A program made the position numbers and the translations under genes. The notes beneath the pieces were generated by a model. The model was given only the letters and a program-made list of their open reading frames with translations, made no database searches and had not been told where the DNA came from. A DNA stretch of 32,442 nucleotides from Fidelibacterota bacterium (GTDB taxonomy: Bacteria > Fidelibacterota > Fidelibacteria > Fidelibacterales > DSDE01). Below, in pieces: positions 28,282 through 32,442 of the stretch; the first letter of the stretch is position 1, and every line of letters begins with the position of its first letter. The stretch spans positions 1 to 32,442 of the forward strand of contig JBJKQR010000081.1 in the NCBI GenBank assembly GCA_046735395.1, given 5' to 3'.

Positions 28282-30231
28282 ATGTGCGCTTACAGAAAGC
28301 TTACGGAACGGGAAATCAGTCAGCTGGAACTGCAGGGCTGCAGGGCTGATGACTGGTGCCGGGTGCTCATTGCCGGCATCGCCGCTCCCGAACGTATTTA
28401 CAGGACAAGTTTCAGTGGGGACGTCTTTATCGGGAATCCCGATTCGGACAATCCCTTTACCGGTGAAATCCGGGATTGCCATATCCGCAGCTGCCGGATC
28501 GGCAATATAAAAAGGCTGGCTTCGGTTGACTGGCTGGCTGACTATGATATTGGTGACAATGTGATCATGGAGGCCGTGGAAGAACTGAGCATGCAGGATG
28601 ACAGTTCCTTCGGCAACGGGATGGCCCTGGATATTCTCAATGAAGCCGGAGGCCGGGAACTGATCTGTGTGGAAGATCTGACCGCGCAGATTGCCTATAT
28701 TCAGGTGATGTACCGGCATGATGAGGATTTCAGCAGCCGTCTGGCTGAAATGATGAAAAATTACGCCGCATCCCGCCGCTCGGCCCGTGGATCGGTGGGG
28801 GACTCGGCAGTGCTGCGCCATTGCCGGACCCTGAGAAATGTGAAAATTGGAGACTTCGCTCGTGTGGATGGTGCCAACCGGCTTACGGACGGAAGCGTGG
28901 TCAGTTGTGAAGACGCCCCGGTTTTTATCGGCAGCGCGGTCGTGGCGGATCACTTTATTATTCAGGAAGGCAGTTCCGTGGACAGCGGCGTCATTCTGGA
29001 CAAATGCTTCGTGGGTCAGGGCGTCCGCATCGGGAAACAGTATTCTGCGGAAAATTCCGCATTCTTCGCCAACTGTGAGGCCTTTCACGGGGAAGCCTGT
29101 TCCGTCTTTGCCGGTCCCTACACCGTTACGCACCACAAATCATCCCTGCTGATCGCCGGGTTGTACTCCTTTTACAATGCCGGATCCGGAACGAATATGA
29201 GCAATCACATGTACAAACTCGGACCCGTGCATCAGTCCATTCTGGAACGCGGCAGCAAGACCGGATCTTTTTCCTATATGCTGGCGCCATCCCGGGTTGG
29301 TGCTTTTTCGGCTGTTATCGGCAAGCATTACACGAATTTCGATGCCTCCGCGTTTCCCTTCTCCTACATCACGGAGGAGGAGGGGAAGAGTTACCTCACA
29401 CCTGCCATGAATATCCTGACGGTGGGGACACGCCGTGACAGTCAGAAATGGCCGAAACGGGACCGCCGAATAGGTCTGAAGCGCGATCTGCTTCATTTTC
29501 CGCTGTTCAGCCCGCCCCTTCTCCATGGAATGCAGACGGCCCATGAGCTTCTCATGAAACTGTACGGGGAAACAGCCCGGGACAGAGAGGAACTCATCCT
29601 GGATGGTCTGCACCTGCGGCGGCTGATGCTCAAGACCTCGGCCAAATATTATGAACTGGGCCTGAAAGTTGCCTGCGCGGAACTGCTGGGACAGAAGCTG
29701 GACTCCTTGAAGGATTCCCTGCCGAAACCGGAGCTCCTGCTGAAGCATCAGGACGGCGATTACACGGAAAAATGGGTGGATATGTCAGGACTGTTCTGCT
29801 GTGCGTCCCGGGTAACACAGATAATGGCTGATGTCCGGGATACACGCATCACGGCGCTGCCCGAGCTGATCAGAGCGCTGACTGTCTGCAGCAGAGCCTA
29901 CGATGAGGATGCCTGGACTTTCACAGCGGCGCTCATCTGCCATCGTCTGCAGAAAAATCCGGCTCAGGTCAGCTCCGACGACCTTCGAACCGTACTGGAT
30001 GACGGTGCCCAGGCGCTGGTGAAACTGAATAATCTGATCCGCAGCGATGCAGGCAAGGAATTCGATGACTCGGCACGAATCGGTTATGGAATCGATGGCG
30101 ACGACAGCGTCCGCGATAACGATTTTCAGGCTGTCCGCGGTGATTTTGAAACAAACGGCTTCGTTCAGTCCCTCTCCGGGGAATCGGAAGCCATGAGACA
30201 GAAGGTCGAGGCCTGGAAGGCAAGGCTGTAG
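28282..30231 (+). CDS. DUF4954-family protein (left-handed beta-helix-like core)
   Basis: YR.LT..EI..L..QGC.A.DW, FGNG....ILNEAGGRE, GEACSVFAGPYTVTHHKSSLLIAG, NAGSGTN.SNHMYKLGPVHQ, ERGSKT, KWP.RDRR; SD AAGGAG. Confidence 0.85.
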   Translation: MCAYRKLTEREISQLELQGCRADDWCRVLIAGIAAPERIYRTSFSGDVFIGNPDSDNPFTGEIRDCHIRSCRIGNIKRLASVDWLADYDIGDNVIMEAVEELSMQDDSSFGNGMALDILNEAGGRELICVEDLTAQIAYIQVMYRHDEDFSSRLAEMMKNYAASRRSARGSVGDSAVLRHCRTLRNVKIGDFARVDGANRLTDGSVVSCEDAPVFIGSAVVADHFIIQEGSSVDSGVILDKCFVGQGVRIGKQYSAENSAFFANCEAFHGEACSVFAGPYTVTHHKSSLLIAGLYSFYNAGSGTNMSNHMYKLGPVHQSILERGSKTGSFSYMLAPSRVGAFSAVIGKHYTNFDASAFPFSYITEEEGKSYLTPAMNILTVGTRRDSQKWPKRDRRIGLKRDLLHFPLFSPPLLHGMQTAHELLMKLYGETARDREELILDGLHLRRLMLKTSAKYYELGLKVACAELLGQKLDSLKDSLPKPELLLKHQDGDYTEKWVDMSGLFCCASRVTQIMADVRDTRITALPELIRALTVCSRAYDEDAWTFTAALICHRLQKNPAQVSSDDLRTVLDDGAQALVKLNNLIRSDAGKEFDDSARIGYGIDGDDSVRDNDFQAVRGDFETNGFVQSLSGESEAMRQKVEAWKARL

Positions 30232-30344
30232 GCGGCGGGAGCCTGTGAAATTCGATATATGGCAACTCTGACTCGTTGATATAAGTCCAAGGGATCAACG
30301 TTCAGAGCTCTGCAGGCGTGGCAAGAGTGAGATGGAAGACCAAT

Positions 30345-30539
30345 TCAATTAAAAGAACATGGTATCAATTCTGCAGATTCCAGCTCATAATAAGCTGATT
30401 TAATTGCATCATTGTTATTGAATGTGATCTTCAGAATGTTTTTTGGGCACAGCATTTCTGTTGAATCCGGGCTGACCTGTGAAAAAACAGGGGATGCCAA
30501 TATAAAACAAGCCAGACTGTAACCTATTTTTCTCTCCAT
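30345..30539 (-). CDS. Short secreted-type ORF, possibly a truncated gene remnant
   Basis: SD-like GGAAGG upstream; signal-peptide-like N-terminus (…ILASPVFS-Q); ends after 64 aa. Confidence 0.35.
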   Translation of the reverse strand: MERKIGYSLACFILASPVFSQVSPDSTEMLCPKNILKITFNNNDAIKSAYYELESAELIPCSFN

Positions 30540-30653
30540 TTAAACCTTCCGTTGTGTGGAGCAGTTCGTCATTTCACGAACAACAGTTTTAAGAATTTTA
30601 ATAATTTATAGTGACAGAATCAGATGTTTTTCAATGCTATGATAAATGTGGAT

Positions 30654-31760
30654 CTATTTTTTGATCTTCAATCTGATTTTTCTGAACCGCTTCATCAAAA
30701 AGCGGGCATACTGCTCAAAGCCAAGATCTGTAAAGTGTACGCCATCTACCGTGCCTTCAGGACCGCGCGCATGCAGGGTGTCTATATAGTAAACATTTTT
30801 ATAGCCCCGTTTCCGTATTTTCTGATATTCGGTCTTCAGCGCTGCGTTTTTTTCGTTTATTGTTCGATTCATACTGCTGTCCAGCGCAATCTGGCTGTAA
30901 CGAAAATTATCAACCAGGAGGATGGGCGTTTTGGGGTGACGTTTGCGGAGGGTCTCCACCAGAGGCAAGGTGCGTTCCGTTACCCAGTCTGCCGTCATAT
31001 TGGGGAGACATTCTATAATGTAGGCTGAGGCATCGATCCCTGTCATGAATTCTGAAATGGGAGCTTCCATGCAGCCATTGCCGCTGAAACCCAGGTTGAT
31101 GCAATCCACATCCAATGCCCGGGAAATGATGCTCGTATGCAGCATGCCGGGCCGTGAGGCGCAGCCGCCCTGGGTGATGCTGGTGCCGTAAAACACCAGA
31201 GGTTTTCGTGGATTCGGATCTGCCGGCCGGATTACAGCTGAGCTGTCAATGCCGATCAGCAGCGTATCCACGCCATCATAAAGAGGCAGATACAGGCGGT
31301 ATTCCCGTTCCGCTTCAGGCATGTTTGAGACAAGTTCCGCAGTATTACTTTGCTTGGTGGGCTTGGCCGAATTTACAAAGATCCACGTATCTTTCTCTTT
31401 CACATAAAGATCCAAACCTCGTATGCCTGTACCGGCCATGTGCACCATATGGCGATCCATATGCAGGGTCCATTTCACTTTCAGCCGGGTGGTATTGCTC
31501 ACGAAACGCACAGACAATCCCGCCGTATTCTCAGACAAGATCCACACCGGTTCCCGAACTGTCGCCTTCATGTTTGCCGACAAACGGTTGTAGGGATGTG
31601 CCTTCAGGCTGTCAGGAATAGCAGTGCCTTCCAGCAGGAGATGGTCCCGTCCATAATAACGGATCCCCCGGTCATTTTTGCCTTCAGCAAAACCCGTGAA
31701 ACTTAATAAAACAATCATGATGAAGAGATGCCGGAATCCCCGGATAAGCATTTTATTCAT
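30654..31760 (-). CDS. SGNH/GDSL hydrolase with an N-terminal GxDLY domain (secreted esterase)
   Basis: Signal peptide; GLDLY; block I FYGTSITQG, block II NLGFSGNG, block III LPN, block V DGVH. Start uncertain (31769, 31760 or 31751). Confidence 0.9.
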   Translation of the reverse strand: MNKMLIRGFRHLFIMIVLLSFTGFAEGKNDRGIRYYGRDHLLLEGTAIPDSLKAHPYNRLSANMKATVREPVWILSENTAGLSVRFVSNTTRLKVKWTLHMDRHMVHMAGTGIRGLDLYVKEKDTWIFVNSAKPTKQSNTAELVSNMPEAEREYRLYLPLYDGVDTLLIGIDSSAVIRPADPNPRKPLVFYGTSITQGGCASRPGMLHTSIISRALDVDCINLGFSGNGCMEAPISEFMTGIDASAYIIECLPNMTADWVTERTLPLVETLRKRHPKTPILLVDNFRYSQIALDSSMNRTINEKNAALKTEYQKIRKRGYKNVYYIDTLHARGPEGTVDGVHFTDLGFEQYARFLMKRFRKIRLKIKK

Positions 31761-31862
31761 TTTATACACTTGAGTTGGTTATATGATATTATTATTGATT
31801 GAATCCGAAAAATTAGTGTCATAATATTTTTGTTAAATTTCATTTTAATTGAGCATAAAAAG

Positions 31863-31891
31863 TAAAAGCTCTGATCCGCTCAGAGCTTTTA
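31863..31891 (-). terminator. Intrinsic terminator after tRNA-Ser
   Basis: Perfect 12-bp inverted repeat TAAAAGCTCTGA-N5-TCAGAGCTTTTA, followed by a T-rich run on the minus strand. Confidence 0.85.
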
Positions 31892-31895
31892 TCAG

Positions 31896-31982
31896 CGGAG
31901 AGGAAGGGATTTGAACCCCCGGTCCGCCAAAACGGACAACGATTTTCGAGACCGCCGCATTCGACCACTCTGCCACCTCTCC
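31896..31982 (-). tRNA. tRNA-Ser (anticodon CGA)
   Basis: GGAGAGG/CCTCTCC acceptor stem with G73, D arm TGGCAGAGTGGTCGAATGC, anticodon loop CT-CGA-AA, long variable arm GTCCGTTTTGGCGGAC, T loop TTCAAAT. CCA not encoded. Confidence 0.96.
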
Positions 31983-32264
31983 ACGGCAAATATACAAAAA
32001 ATCCTTTTTATAAAAAATGTTCAATTCCCTGACTTTGTCAGAATTTCGGACCATAAACTCCGAAATGAACTTATGATAGGATTCTGAATGGCGTGTATTG
32101 ATATTCACATTCATTCTTGCCGGGCCCTCCCGATTACAATAAATTGTTAGTGCTTACTTCCACCACGGATTTGAGCATTAACTGAGATGAAATCGGGATC
32201 TATGAAGAAATGAGCGAGGAATGAAGCGTCTGCGGCGGGCCGGCAGGCAAAGGAAGGAGAGCAG

Positions 32265-32442
32265 ATGTTGAAACTCAGTATATCCCTGCTTGTGCTGATG
32301 CTGATGCTTGCTTACGCGGTCCGGACCATTCATGCTCTCTTCAAGGCGCCGGATTACTCAGACCTGCCCACCTGTTATCCCTTCAGGTCCGAAGCCGCAA
32401 AAGTGAAATATCATCAATATTTTGAAAAGCGGCTGGAAGAAT
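32265..32442 (+). CDS. Partial CDS, probable alpha/beta hydrolase with an N-terminal hydrophobic anchor (runs off the window end)
   Basis: ATG after AAGGAG; MLKLSISLLVLMLMLAYAV...YPFRSEAAKVKYHQYFEKRLEE resembles the F(K/R)S......Y...Y/F....W N-terminus of carboxylesterase-type hydrolases. No stop before the window end. Confidence 0.55.
   Translation, partial: MLKLSISLLVLMLMLAYAVRTIHALFKAPDYSDLPTCYPFRSEAAKVKYHQYFEKRLEE

Noticed and set aside
30290..30347. TGA read-through (selenocysteine) of the 64-aa ORF into a CHAC-containing frame
   Set aside because: Context is not CxxU or UxxC, no clear SECIS hairpin, and the frame runs antisense into DUF4954.
30232..31896. Genomic island integrated at tRNA-Ser
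   Set aside because: No duplicated tRNA 3' end and no integrase found in the window.

Overview
Bacterial chromosomal window of moderate GC, most likely from a non-Bacteroidota member of the FCB superphylum (Marinimicrobia/Fidelibacterota-like; inferred from a NYPNPFNP-type C-terminal sorting domain, a long SecA, Bacteroidota-like gene modules, and yet regular Shine-Dalgarno use). It starts in the 3' half of an rRNA operon (23S, 5S, terminator). It then carries housekeeping genes (dnaG, nusB, secA, tam, tRNA-Ser CGA, a PP-loop tRNA thiolase) mixed with accessory modules: a YtrA/GntR-ABC-DUF2807 operon with a perfect operator, an MFS transporter, a lipoprotein plus CsgG/HfaB pair, DUF819, an OmpR-type two-component system with a PepSY-like lipoprotein, and an SGNH hydrolase. 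Two candidates stand out as possibly undescribed systems. (1) A stand-alone octaheme tetrathionate reductase (OTR)-like cytochrome c fused to a type IX secretion (T9SS)-type C-terminal sorting domain, suggesting a surface-exported multiheme redox enzyme. (2) An atypical acyl carrier protein, ADP-forming acyl-CoA synthetase, nagB and DUF4954 cluster preceded by a palindrome with NagC/ROK operator geometry, suggesting a carrier-linked amino-sugar acyl pathway. No CRISPR array, integrase or transposase was seen. All family calls come from motif recognition by eye, not database searches.
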